A stretch of DNA of 49,658 bases, taken from assembly GCA_964367065.1 (NCBI GenBank), contig CAYIWI010000002.1, positions 1-49,658 of the forward strand. Direction: 5' to 3'. The translations under genes and the position numbers were made by a program. Below, piece by piece: positions 18,740 through 28,283 of this stretch; position 1 is the stretch's first letter, and each line of letters begins with the position of its first letter. The notes below the pieces were generated by a model. It did no database searches and was not told the origin of the DNA. It was given only the letters and a program-made list of their open reading frames with translations. This DNA comes from an uncultured Gammaproteobacteria bacterium (lineage in GTDB: Bacteria; Patescibacteriota; Microgenomatia; UBA10105; UBA927).

Positions 18740-20395
18740 TTACCTCCTTTGAACGGTTACATCTGCCAATAAATTATTACCGGTCATCTCAGTTGGCACC
18801 GGGATCCCCAAAAATGAAAGGATGGTCGGTGCCACATCCGCAAGTCTGCCTGCCGGAAGCGTAACCGGTTGTGATGCAAGTGATCGATCGATAAACATAA
18901 ACGGTACCGGAAAGGTGGAGTGCTCGGTATCCATTTGCCCATCGGGGCCGAGCATCTCTTCCACATTACCATGGTCTGCGGTAACCACGCAAGTGCCGCC
19001 GCGTGCTAATACTGCGGTCACAATCCTTCCCACACAGCTGTCCGTCACTTCGCACGCCGCAATAGCTGCCTGAATGTTTCCGGTATGCGCCACCATATCA
19101 GGGTTGGCTAAATTGATAAGGAAAAACGAATAGACGTCTATGGAAAGCCGGTCCAGAATTTTATCCGTTAATTCCGGGGCGGACATAGCCGGCATCGCGT
19201 CATACGTGGCAACTTTAGGCGACGGCACGATCAGGCGGTCTTCACCGGGAAACGGCGTTTCGTGCAACCCACTGAAGTAGTACGTGACAAAACGTTCTTT
19301 TTCCGTTTCCGACAGCCGGAGCTGGCGCAGGTTATGATCGGAAAGCACCGCTCCTAAGGTATTTTTCAGCGGTTCCGGCGGGTAGGCCACGACGCAGGGC
19401 AAATCCCGCTCGTACTGCGTCATCGTGACAAAAAATAAATTTGGAAGCTTGACCTTTCTGGTAAAAGGAATGTTGCGTGTGTCCTCTTCCACTAGATGTT
19501 TGTGGTAGTACTTGACCGCATAAGGATCAAATGACGCGGGAGCCTTGTATTCTTCAAAATTTGGCAGGACGAATGCACGCGTCAGTTGCCTGGGACGATC
19601 AATACGGTAATTAAAAAATATAACCGCGTCGTGATTGCTTACGCGCGGATACGGGTTGCCGGAGGGGTCTAAAATAATGGTCGGCTCGATAAACTCATCC
19701 GTTTTTCCCGCCTGGTGTGATTGGTCAATTGCAACGGCCGCACTGGACGCAGTACGGTCAATCACTTCCGTGAGCGCCGTGTATGCTGCTTCGGTTCTCT
19801 CCCACCGATGATCGCGATCCATCGCATAATATCGGCCTATGATCGTGGCAATAGCACCGACGCCCTGGCCCTGTATGCGTTCCTCGACATCGGCCACAAA
19901 TCGTTTTGCCGAAGTCGGGGGAGAATCGCGTCCGTCGGTAAAAAGGTGCAGGAATGCCTTGCACTCACAGGAGTGTTGTGTTTTATATTGAGAAAGAAGC
20001 GTAAGAAGTGCCCACAGATGTTCACGGCTCGAGTGTACGCCTGCATCGCTGATAAGACCCATCAGGTGCAGGTGGGAGCGGTGTTCCTGCACGTAGCGGA
20101 TCGCTCCCAAAAATGCGTCGTTGGTAAAAAAACTCCCGTCCGTTATAGCCATATTGATGCGCGGTAAGTCCTGATACACCACCCGTCCGGCTCCGAGGTT
20201 GATGTGTCCGGTTTCCGTATTGCCGTCTTCGCCCGGCGGCAGTCCCACGTCTACGCCGGAGGCCGTCAGTTGCGCATGCGGGTAGGATGCCCAAAGTTTG
20301 GGCACATGCTCAAGTTTGGCTAGAGAAATTGCATTGCCGGGTCCGGGCGCAGCCAATCCCCAACCATCCAATACGATGAGTGCAAGTGGCTTCAT
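18740..20395 (-). CDS. gpmI: 2,3-bisphosphoglycerate-independent phosphoglycerate mutase
   Basis: It is similar along its length to iPGM (LIVLDGWG; GNTETGH.NLGAGR; ADHGN) and carries an insert of ~25 aa relative to Bacillus GpmI. Confidence 0.95.
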   Translation of the reverse strand: MKPLALIVLDGWGLAAPGPGNAISLAKLEHVPKLWASYPHAQLTASGVDVGLPPGEDGNTETGHINLGAGRVVYQDLPRINMAITDGSFFTNDAFLGAIRYVQEHRSHLHLMGLISDAGVHSSREHLWALLTLLSQYKTQHSCECKAFLHLFTDGRDSPPTSAKRFVADVEERIQGQGVGAIATIIGRYYAMDRDHRWERTEAAYTALTEVIDRTASSAAVAIDQSHQAGKTDEFIEPTIILDPSGNPYPRVSNHDAVIFFNYRIDRPRQLTRAFVLPNFEEYKAPASFDPYAVKYYHKHLVEEDTRNIPFTRKVKLPNLFFVTMTQYERDLPCVVAYPPEPLKNTLGAVLSDHNLRQLRLSETEKERFVTYYFSGLHETPFPGEDRLIVPSPKVATYDAMPAMSAPELTDKILDRLSIDVYSFFLINLANPDMVAHTGNIQAAIAACEVTDSCVGRIVTAVLARGGTCVVTADHGNVEEMLGPDGQMDTEHSTFPVPFMFIDRSLASQPVTLPAGRLADVAPTILSFLGIPVPTEMTGNNLLADVTVQRR

Positions 20396-21660
20396 TGGGA
20401 AAATAATTCACTTTCTATTTGAAGGAGCCTGTTGTATTTGGCCACACGTTCTCCGCGGGCCGGGGCACCAAATTTAACATACTCGCTAGCAACCGCAACA
20501 GCCAGATCCGCGATAAACGTATCGTTGGTTTCTCCGCTTCTGTGGGAAACGATGCATTTCATATCGTGCGCTCTTGCCAGTGCCACGACCGCCAGGAATT
20601 CAGAAAGCGTGCCGATTTGATTAGGCTTGAGGAGGATCGCATTGCAGGCCTTTTCGTCAATCGCGCGCGCGAGCCGCTCGGGATTGGTGACCAACAAGTC
20701 ATCGCCGACGATCAGAATATCTCTTCCCACTTCCCGGGTAAGCGTGGCCCACCCGGCCCAGTCATCCTCTTCGAGAGGATCCTCAAGGAGCAGGAGCCGG
20801 TATTTCGTGTTGAGCTCCTTAAGATAATCTATAAATTGCCGGCCGGACAACAGTTGGGGCTTGTCTTTGATCTGATAGCCCCTGGGCGTTTTAAACTGGC
20901 TTGCCGCAATATCCATGCCGAAAAATACATCGGTGCCGAAACGATATTTGGTCGCCTTTATCGCTTCCATGAGGAGCTCAAGGGCTTCCATATTGGTAAA
21001 TAAGTTCGGAGCAAAGCCGCCCTCATCTCCCACGCTGTGAATGGCATTGCGGTAAGCCAGGATCTGTTTGAGGTGATGGTAGAGTTCCGCGCCGATCTGA
21101 AGCGCATCATGGAACGGTTTGTTTGACGCGGGGATGACCATAAATTCCTGAAAATTCAGGTTCCCTGCCCCGTGTTTCCCGCCGTTGATGATATTAAACA
21201 GCGGCGTGGGTATGCGTTCGATTTTAGCGGCTGCAGGTCTGCCTGCAAGCTGGGTAAGGTAGCGGTACAGCGGCTGCTTGGTGTGGTTGGCTGCGGCGGC
21301 TGCAACAGCCAGGGAAACGCTTAATATGCTGTTGGCGCCGAGTTTACTCTTGTTGGGGGTTGCATCCAGGGCAATCATGGTTTCGTCGATTTTTTTCTGA
21401 TCCAGTGCATCCAGGCCCACGAGTTTCGGAGCAATAATGGTATTGACGTTGGTTACCGCAGTTAATACTCCCATGCCGTTATAGCGGTTTTCATCTTTAT
21501 CCCGAAGTTCCACTGCCTCATATTTTCCCACCGATGCTCCGGACGGGGCCGATGCGGTACCGCGGTAGCCGCTTTGGAGAATAACCGTCGTTTCTATTGT
21601 TGGGTTTCCGCGGGAGTCAAGGATCTCGCGTGCGGTGATAGAATAAATGGCAGAATCCAT
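20392..21660 (-). CDS. eno: enolase
   Basis: Canonical enolase motifs are present (REILDSRGNPT.E; SHRSGETED-like SHRSGETNDTFIADLAV). Confidence 0.97.
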   Translation of the reverse strand: MDSAIYSITAREILDSRGNPTIETTVILQSGYRGTASAPSGASVGKYEAVELRDKDENRYNGMGVLTAVTNVNTIIAPKLVGLDALDQKKIDETMIALDATPNKSKLGANSILSVSLAVAAAAANHTKQPLYRYLTQLAGRPAAAKIERIPTPLFNIINGGKHGAGNLNFQEFMVIPASNKPFHDALQIGAELYHHLKQILAYRNAIHSVGDEGGFAPNLFTNMEALELLMEAIKATKYRFGTDVFFGMDIAASQFKTPRGYQIKDKPQLLSGRQFIDYLKELNTKYRLLLLEDPLEEDDWAGWATLTREVGRDILIVGDDLLVTNPERLARAIDEKACNAILLKPNQIGTLSEFLAVVALARAHDMKCIVSHRSGETNDTFIADLAVAVASEYVKFGAPARGERVAKYNRLLQIESELFSQ

Positions 21661-21666
21661 AGAATC

Positions 21667-21672
21667 AGTATA
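21667..21672 (-). promoter_or_regulatory. -10 box TATACT located 6 nt upstream of the eno ATG (leaderless-type arrangement)
   Basis: The minus strand reads aagaTATACTgattctATG. A weak -35 (TTCGAT) lies 17 nt upstream. Confidence 0.45.
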
Positions 21673-21799
21673 TCTTATTGCGTGTTAAAATCGAAGAGAC
21701 TTCTGAGGTAAAAATGTATTTCAGAACTCAGAACTCAAATCTCAATGACCAACGCGGTAAAAGAATTTTATAAAATCTTCCCACCTTGTTGTGTTCTGG

Positions 21800-24097
21800 T
21801 CATTGAGTTCTGGGTTCTATTTTAATGATCTTTTTCCTTACCAATTTCTTTTCCGCCTCTGCGATCGTTTCGCGTACACGGTCCACGGCATCGGGGTTGA
21901 CGGAGACGCTTGTGATGCCCCACGAGACCAGTTTGTCTACGAGTTCCGGATAATCCGACGGCGCCTGGCCGCACATGGAGACGGTGACGCCGCGTTTGAC
22001 ACACGTTCGAATAACCCGCTCAAACGCCCATAAAACCGCTTCATCCATTTCATTAAAGTCGTGTGCCACCTCCTGGTTGTCCCGGTCGGTTCCCATAATA
22101 AGCATGGTCAGGTCATTGGACCCGATGGAAATTCCGTCGATGCCCACATCCAGATAGCGGTCCAAAATGATGACATTGGTCGGAAGCTCGCACATCATCC
22201 AGAGCTTGAACGTGGGAGACCTGAGAAGCCCATTGCTTGCTACGATTTTTTTGACCTCGAGCATCTCCTTGGGTGTACGCACAAACGGGATCATCAGGTT
22301 GAGATTTTTGAGGCCGTATTTATTGCGCACGAGCTTGATGGCCTCAAGCTCAAGATCAAAGACCTGGGAGTCGGCTATATAGCGGGCAGCGCCCCGGAAC
22401 CCCAGCATTGGGTTTTCCTCGGGCGGCTCAAACGCGGCGCCTCCTTTGAGGTTTCGATATTCGTTGGTTCTGAAGTCGGTGGCCCGGTACACTACGGGTC
22501 TGGGTGAGAATGCGCGACAAAAGGTTTCCAGACCATCGGCGAGCTTTTGGATGAATACCCGCTGCTTTTTGTCCGCGATAAATTTGCGCGGGTGTGTACC
22601 GATATCGGCAACCATAAACTCCGCCCGCAGAAGCCCCACCCCGTCCACATTCATCTTCGACACGGCCTGCGCCCGGCTTACCTCGGCCAAATTCACATAC
22701 ACTTTCGTCGCCGTCTTCAGTTTTTTCGAATTGGCCGAATTAGACAAATTTGCCAAATTTGGCTTTTGCGCCACCGCTCCTTTATACACATCCCCCGTGG
22801 ATCCGTTGACGGTGATCACCATGCCGTCGTTTACAAGTTTTCTGACATCCTTCGCACCAACGACGGCAGGAATTCCCAGCTCTCGGGAAACGATTGCTGC
22901 GTGCGACGTTCTGCCGCCGCGCTCGGTAAGAATGGCCACGGCTTTGCGCATCGCAGGGACAAAATCAGGATTGGTTTGTTCCGCCACCAGCACGTCACCA
23001 GCGACGATCTTATGGATTTCTTTTGCTGAAGTTAGTTTCTTCACCGGTCCCGATGCTATCCCCGGGGATGCAGGGTCCCCTTTCACCAAAACCTCATTGG
23101 TGATCGACGATGTTGTAGTAGCAACCGTTTGCTTGCCAAGGGTCGTCACGGGACGTGTCTGCACGAGGTACACGCGATCGTTTTCTACGGCCCACTCCGC
23201 ATCCTGGGGAAAGTAATAGTGCTTCTCGAGTTTTTTACCAAGCTTAGCCAGTTCAATAATCGTATGATCCGGTAGTTTCTGCTTGTTTGCCTGAGATGGC
23301 GAAACTGCAAGAATTGCATTTTTGGCGCCCTTCTTGGTCATGAGTTTTTCCTGGCTGCCGATTTGTTTGACCAGTATCGCATTGGAACCCTTCTCCACCT
23401 CATAGTGATCGGGCGTGACAGCTCCCTGGACGATCATTTCTCCCAGTCCGTAAATCGCTTCGATGACGATTTTACTTTTATCATTGGTCACCGGATCCAC
23501 GGTAAACATGACGCCCGACGTGTCTGAGGCAACCATCCGCTGCACGGGCACGGCAATGCCCACACGGAAATGATCAAAGTGATTCGTCTGCCGATAGAAG
23601 ATGGCCCGGGCGGTAAACAGCGATGCCCAGGCTTCTTTTACTTTTTCAATAACATTGGCTTCTCCCTGCACATTAAGAAACGTGGACTGCTGGCCGGCAA
23701 ATGACGCACCCGGCAAATCTTCCGCGGTAGCGGAGGACCGTACCGCGACAAGGGCGTGTTTCAGGACGTTGCCCCCCAGACGAAAATATGCGCGGATTAT
23801 GTCGCTGGCGACTTCTTTGGGAAACTTCGACCGCATTATAAGCGTTTGTACGCTCTTGGCGGTTTTTTCAAGCTCCCTGGCGTTGTTTACGTCTAAACCC
23901 AGCAACAGTCGCTCAATTTTTCCCTTAATGCCGGCATCGTCCAAAAATTTTTGGTAGGCGGCAACGGTAACGATAAATCCGGTCGGCACGGGAAATCCGG
24001 CCTGTGTCATTTCCCCCAAATTTGCTCCTTTTCCCCCAACCGATCCGATATCCCCTTTGTCCACGTGAGAAAACGCAACGATGTAGCGCGGTGTCAT
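21800..24097 (-). CDS. ppsA: phosphoenolpyruvate synthase (pyruvate, water dikinase)
   Basis: It has an N-terminal ATP-grasp (GGKGANLGEM), the phosphohistidine segment GGRTSHAAIVSRELGIP and a C-terminal PEP-utilising TIM barrel. Confidence 0.94.
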   Translation of the reverse strand: MTPRYIVAFSHVDKGDIGSVGGKGANLGEMTQAGFPVPTGFIVTVAAYQKFLDDAGIKGKIERLLLGLDVNNARELEKTAKSVQTLIMRSKFPKEVASDIIRAYFRLGGNVLKHALVAVRSSATAEDLPGASFAGQQSTFLNVQGEANVIEKVKEAWASLFTARAIFYRQTNHFDHFRVGIAVPVQRMVASDTSGVMFTVDPVTNDKSKIVIEAIYGLGEMIVQGAVTPDHYEVEKGSNAILVKQIGSQEKLMTKKGAKNAILAVSPSQANKQKLPDHTIIELAKLGKKLEKHYYFPQDAEWAVENDRVYLVQTRPVTTLGKQTVATTTSSITNEVLVKGDPASPGIASGPVKKLTSAKEIHKIVAGDVLVAEQTNPDFVPAMRKAVAILTERGGRTSHAAIVSRELGIPAVVGAKDVRKLVNDGMVITVNGSTGDVYKGAVAQKPNLANLSNSANSKKLKTATKVYVNLAEVSRAQAVSKMNVDGVGLLRAEFMVADIGTHPRKFIADKKQRVFIQKLADGLETFCRAFSPRPVVYRATDFRTNEYRNLKGGAAFEPPEENPMLGFRGAARYIADSQVFDLELEAIKLVRNKYGLKNLNLMIPFVRTPKEMLEVKKIVASNGLLRSPTFKLWMMCELPTNVIILDRYLDVGIDGISIGSNDLTMLIMGTDRDNQEVAHDFNEMDEAVLWAFERVIRTCVKRGVTVSMCGQAPSDYPELVDKLVSWGITSVSVNPDAVDRVRETIAEAEKKLVRKKIIKIEPRTQ

Positions 24098-24100
24098 AGC

Positions 24101-25174
24101 TTACCCCTTTCGTAATTGTTTCTTAAAATAATCTACCCAAGGAATGGCGACCGGATCACTATCATGAAGCATGGCCAAATAGAAGCTGGTAAATCCCGAA
24201 AGGACGTACGCTTCCAATACTTGTGCAAGCGGCGTGGGCCCTGTAAGCGCTACGTCGTATGTCTTGATCTGTTGTTTTGCAAGCACTTCGTGGGTTACGG
24301 CAAACCGCCGCAGTATGCGATGGGAATAAAGGGGGGACTGGAAAAAGACAAATAATGCGGTTTGGGAGAGCCTGCGGGGCAAACCTAATCCTTCCATGAG
24401 ATGATGATTAAGCTCAGGAATTACCCGCGGGTCCGAGATCATTTTGGCTGTTTCGTTGAGTTGATTGGCAAACCCGTTGCCGAAACCCTTCAAAAATTCC
24501 GCCGTGATGACGAATGGGTGTGTGTTGTCGATGGCAATAGCCAGCTGTTTGGCAGGGTTTTGCGCCGTGGGTACGTCTTCTGTGTAGCGTTCAGTCATCG
24601 ATCGGGCATAGGCAATCGCTTCGGTCACTTCCTTTTCCTCAATATCGATGACCTGTAATGCTTTCAGAAGTCCCAGGTGCCCCATAAGGAGATACCCGGC
24701 GCCGATTCTGGGCTGGCCGCAGGGATTATGCGTCGGGGTAAACTGATACATAGGTGCAGCCTGTTTTTTTAACAGATCCGCAATTGGACCACCATGTATA
24801 ATGCCGGTGAGTTTCGCGCCCCGCTTGACAGCATCCTGACCGCAAGACAGCACCTCTTCCGTCGTGCCGGAGTATGAGGAAAGGATGACGAGCGTATCGC
24901 CATCTACATACGCAGGAAGCGTATAATCTTCAACTATTTCATACGGCTCTCGGATACGGTCGCGATAGAGTTCCTTGATGGTTTTGGGCGTAAAGCGCGA
25001 GCCGCCCATACCGGAAACGACGATGTTATAGATAGGCTGGTACTGCTTGGGGAAAACAATGGCAGACGCTTCCTTCCATGCCTGTTGACACTGGTCTGCA
25101 AACTGTTTGGTAGAGGCAAGCACGCCGCTCGGATCAAGTTGTTGTATGGCCTTCACATTATCCAGGGTGTTCAT
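24101..25174 (-). CDS. bifunctional phosphoglucose/phosphomannose isomerase (SIS-domain, archaeal-type PGI/PMI)
   Basis: A SIS domain is present (VVSGMGGS..; ILSSYSGTTEE), followed by the C-terminal bifunctional PGI/PMI region. Confidence 0.75.
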   Translation of the reverse strand: MNTLDNVKAIQQLDPSGVLASTKQFADQCQQAWKEASAIVFPKQYQPIYNIVVSGMGGSRFTPKTIKELYRDRIREPYEIVEDYTLPAYVDGDTLVILSSYSGTTEEVLSCGQDAVKRGAKLTGIIHGGPIADLLKKQAAPMYQFTPTHNPCGQPRIGAGYLLMGHLGLLKALQVIDIEEKEVTEAIAYARSMTERYTEDVPTAQNPAKQLAIAIDNTHPFVITAEFLKGFGNGFANQLNETAKMISDPRVIPELNHHLMEGLGLPRRLSQTALFVFFQSPLYSHRILRRFAVTHEVLAKQQIKTYDVALTGPTPLAQVLEAYVLSGFTSFYLAMLHDSDPVAIPWVDYFKKQLRKG

Positions 25175-25176
25175 GG

Positions 25177-26532
25177 TTATTTCTTTTTCCCGCCGAGCGA
25201 TTCTATTTGAGCAATCAACACGTCAGTTTTTTGCTGAAGAATTTCATGGTTATCCGCTTCCACGTTGAGCCGGATAAGCGGCTCGGTATGCGAGCCTCGG
25301 ATATTAAACCACCAATTATCGTACCACACACTGAGGCCGTCCAGTTCGTCAACGGTTTTGGCATCGATGAATGACCGCTTGATGGCGGTAATGGTGCCAG
25401 CGGCATCCGGCACGGAAAAGTTAATCTCTCCGCTATCAGGGTATTTGGCAAATTCGTCCACAATTTCCGAAAACTTGCAGGAGTCGCGGCTTATAAGCTC
25501 CAACACCATGAGTGCCGTACCCACACCGGTCTCTGAATTAAAAAAGTCGCGGTGATAATAGTGCCCGGAATGTTCTCCTCCAAAAATTGCGTGGTACTGC
25601 CGCATGTAGTTTTTCATATAACTGTGTCCGACGCGTACCCGCCGGGACTTCCCTCCGTAGCGCGCCACTGTTTCCGGCACAATTCTGCCGCACACGGCAC
25701 TGTAGAGGATGTATTCACCGGGATGTTTTTTTAACATATTTTTTGCAAGCATCGCGGTGACAATGGTACCGGATACAAATCGTCCGCGATCATCGATAAA
25801 AAAAACGCGATCCGCATCGCCGTCAAACGCAAGTCCCACGTCTGCATGAACCTCACGCATTTTTGCCGCAAGATCGGCATTGTTTGTTTCTATAAGCGGG
25901 TTGGGTACATGGTGCGGGAAGCTTCCGTCCAGTTCGAAATACAACGGTGTGAGGCGTATGGGCAATCCTTCAAACACCATGGGTACCAGTTTTCCGGCCA
26001 TGCCGTTGCCTGCATCCGCGACCACCGACAGGGGCTTCAACTGCGAGATGTCCACCAGGGAAAGAACTTTTTGTTTCCACTCGCTCCATACGTCAAGATG
26101 CGTCACGGGACTCGGGTTTTTGGCCGCAGGGAGCGGGTCCTGCCGCACGAGGTCCCGGATGGCAAACAAGCCGCTGTCAGAGTTGACGCCGACCGGCCCC
26201 TTTTTGACAATTTTGAGACCATTGTACTGGGGAGGGTTATGGGATGCCGAAATCATAATGACGAGGTCGAAGTCTGCCGTTCCCGCTAAAAAATACGCAA
26301 TCTCCGTACCGGTTTCCCCGGCATCACCCACCGCCACACCCATGGCAGTAAATGCGGATATCAGGGCATCGCTTAATTCCTTGCCGCTTGTACGCATATC
26401 GCGGGCCACTGCCACACGTTTGGGTTTGAAGTATTCCACAATGGCGCGGCCGATGAATCCCACGACCTGGGCATTCAATTGATCCGGGTATGTGCCACGG
26501 ATGTCATAGTCTTTAAAGAAAGAAAGATCCAT
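25177..26532 (-). CDS. phosphomannomutase/phosphoglucomutase
   Basis: The alpha-D-phosphohexomutase motifs are present: the active-site SASHNP, the metal-binding DGDADR, and GGEHSGH. Confidence 0.92.
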   Translation of the reverse strand: MDLSFFKDYDIRGTYPDQLNAQVVGFIGRAIVEYFKPKRVAVARDMRTSGKELSDALISAFTAMGVAVGDAGETGTEIAYFLAGTADFDLVIMISASHNPPQYNGLKIVKKGPVGVNSDSGLFAIRDLVRQDPLPAAKNPSPVTHLDVWSEWKQKVLSLVDISQLKPLSVVADAGNGMAGKLVPMVFEGLPIRLTPLYFELDGSFPHHVPNPLIETNNADLAAKMREVHADVGLAFDGDADRVFFIDDRGRFVSGTIVTAMLAKNMLKKHPGEYILYSAVCGRIVPETVARYGGKSRRVRVGHSYMKNYMRQYHAIFGGEHSGHYYHRDFFNSETGVGTALMVLELISRDSCKFSEIVDEFAKYPDSGEINFSVPDAAGTITAIKRSFIDAKTVDELDGLSVWYDNWWFNIRGSHTEPLIRLNVEADNHEILQQKTDVLIAQIESLGGKKK

Positions 26533-26538
26533 AGGGAG

Positions 26539-27228
26539 TTAGAGATCAATAAGGATGCGTTCGATATGTTGGGAGATGGTCAGTGCCGAGGAACCTGTTT
26601 TGACGCCTAATTCTGCCGCGAGGAGTTGTTTCTCCATAGCCAAGATTTGTTCCATCGTAAAGAATCGCGCCTGCTTTGTCAATCGCGCAAGTTGCCAGGG
26701 AACAATACCCACCGGTACAACTCCTCCGGAGAGTTGCACAAGAATTCGCAGCCTTCTCACCAGGAGCGTAAAGATGAGTTCTGCTGCGGAGTGCTCCAGG
26801 GTCTTCTGATATAAAGAAAGCAACTGTATTGTATGAGAAGGTCGAAGTGCGTCCAGAAAGGAAAAGATAATCGCAGGGATCTTAAACAGGTTTCCTTCAA
26901 CGTGAGATCCCAGATACTTGATTATGGACGGACCCACTTCCTTTTCCTCCCAGAGAATGATCGTTGCGGATTCTGCTGAGCGTTTCAGAATGTCTCCTAC
27001 ATGCTCCATGGCTTTGGGTTTTTTCCCGAGTGTTGTCAGAAGATTTTCAATAATGATGGCGGTGGCTCCCCCGAAAACCGATTGCGACTCGATGGCTTGT
27101 ACCAGTATGTTTTCGTCGGCAGTTTTACCGTTGAGGATGCGCAGATCCAAATGGGAGAACTTTTTTCTCAACGCCAGCAGTGCCGCGCGTGAAGACTGCC
27201 GATCATCTCCGTGCAAAAGAATAATCAT
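26539..27228 (-). CDS. holA: DNA polymerase III delta subunit-like protein (short HolA)
   Basis: The overall pattern is HolA-like (the N-terminal LLHGDD start, and the C-terminal helical domain with ELIFTLLVRRLRILVQL). At 229 aa it is shorter than a canonical delta subunit. Confidence 0.5.
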   Translation of the reverse strand: MIILLHGDDRQSSRAALLALRKKFSHLDLRILNGKTADENILVQAIESQSVFGGATAIIIENLLTTLGKKPKAMEHVGDILKRSAESATIILWEEKEVGPSIIKYLGSHVEGNLFKIPAIIFSFLDALRPSHTIQLLSLYQKTLEHSAAELIFTLLVRRLRILVQLSGGVVPVGIVPWQLARLTKQARFFTMEQILAMEKQLLAAELGVKTGSSALTISQHIERILIDL

Positions 27229-27614
27229 GGGGATCTCCTTGCCGAGTTTTTATAGAGCACAAAAAATCGTTCAACGCTGCGATGGTCAATACGGGTGTGC
27301 CTGCCGCGATGGGGCACGAGGGCCCCGGAGAAATTTTTGGGAATGTGCATGAGTTCGTGGATGATGACGCGCGTTTTGTCATCGGCTGGTAGGTGATCAA
27401 AATGCTGTGAGAGTACCTCAATGATGTAATGGGGAGGGTGTTTGATGGCCATTTGCCAAATTTTTGGGAAACTCCAGATCCTGGCGCGTGCCCGGCTGGA
27501 AGACTTGGTGCTTCGCATGCACGTAATTTTCTGGGGATCGATATGGGGAAACGGCACACGCGGCACGATCCGCTTCACCATCATTTCTATATCCGGTGCT
27601 GGAGCAAGTTCCAT
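27225..27614 (-). CDS. small predicted Zn-metallopeptidase (HExxH; SprT-like/archaeal-type)
   Basis: The motif VIIHELMHIP...H is present. I moved the start to ATG 27614 (MELAPAP), 1 nt after the nudix stop, because the ORF-track start would overlap nudix by 71 nt. Confidence 0.5.
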   Translation of the reverse strand: MELAPAPDIEMMVKRIVPRVPFPHIDPQKITCMRSTKSSSRARARIWSFPKIWQMAIKHPPHYIIEVLSQHFDHLPADDKTRVIIHELMHIPKNFSGALVPHRGRHTRIDHRSVERFFVLYKNSARRSP

Positions 27615-27615
27615 A

Positions 27616-28029
27616 TCACAAAGACAGTAATATTTCCTGCAGTAAGCTTTTGTTCGTTTTCGGATATCCAACAATGGTCGCGGCAAGCGCCAACGATGTC
27701 CATTTTGCCTCCTGTATGCCTTCTTCCTTTTGGGGGTTGGGTGGCTCGTTGCTCGTTGTCATAAAGAGGAAATACAGAACAGTTTTCTTAATAAGACCAT
27801 TTCGTCTGTACCAATAGGTGATGGGGGAAAGTTTTTTTACCAGCGTCAGTCCCCGTATGCCTGTTTCTTCAAAAATTTCTCGCCCAGCTGCTTGTTCGGC
27901 TCCTTCGCCCTTTTCGATGAGACCCTTCGGAAACGTCCAGGTGCCGTTCATATCCTTGATCAAAAGCACTTGCCAACCGTTTCCGCGCCGACGGACCACG
28001 ACGCCACCTGCGGATCGTTCTTCTTTCAT
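27616..28029 (-). CDS. NUDIX hydrolase
   Basis: The Nudix box is present (GLIEKGEGAEQAAGREIFEETGI). Confidence 0.88.
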   Translation of the reverse strand: MKEERSAGGVVVRRRGNGWQVLLIKDMNGTWTFPKGLIEKGEGAEQAAGREIFEETGIRGLTLVKKLSPITYWYRRNGLIKKTVLYFLFMTTSNEPPNPQKEEGIQEAKWTSLALAATIVGYPKTNKSLLQEILLSL

Positions 28030-28280
28030 TTCGTTACTAAATATACCACATCGCCTTCCTTTACCGGAGCATCCACTTTGACACCTGCGGAATCGCCGGG
28101 TTTGACTTCCTTTACTTGCTCATGTTCCACCTGAAGCGATGAGACGACCTGGGTAAACTCCTTATCATGCCCGGAAATACGCACCGTATCGCCGGCTTTT
28201 AGCGGCTGGTTGGTAACTTCGATAACCGCAACGCCTATTTTATCGTAATAGTGGCTGATTTTCCCGATTTGGACATCCAT
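28026..28280 (-). CDS. small beta-barrel protein, translation-elongation-factor domain-2-like
   Basis: An 84-aa protein with the pattern IGVAVIEV....LKAGD.V.I.G.........S.......V.E...GD..G.K, as in EF-Tu domain II-like single-domain proteins. Confidence 0.45.
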   Translation of the reverse strand: MDVQIGKISHYYDKIGVAVIEVTNQPLKAGDTVRISGHDKEFTQVVSSLQVEHEQVKEVKPGDSAGVKVDAPVKEGDVVYLVTK

Positions 28281-28283
28281 TGA

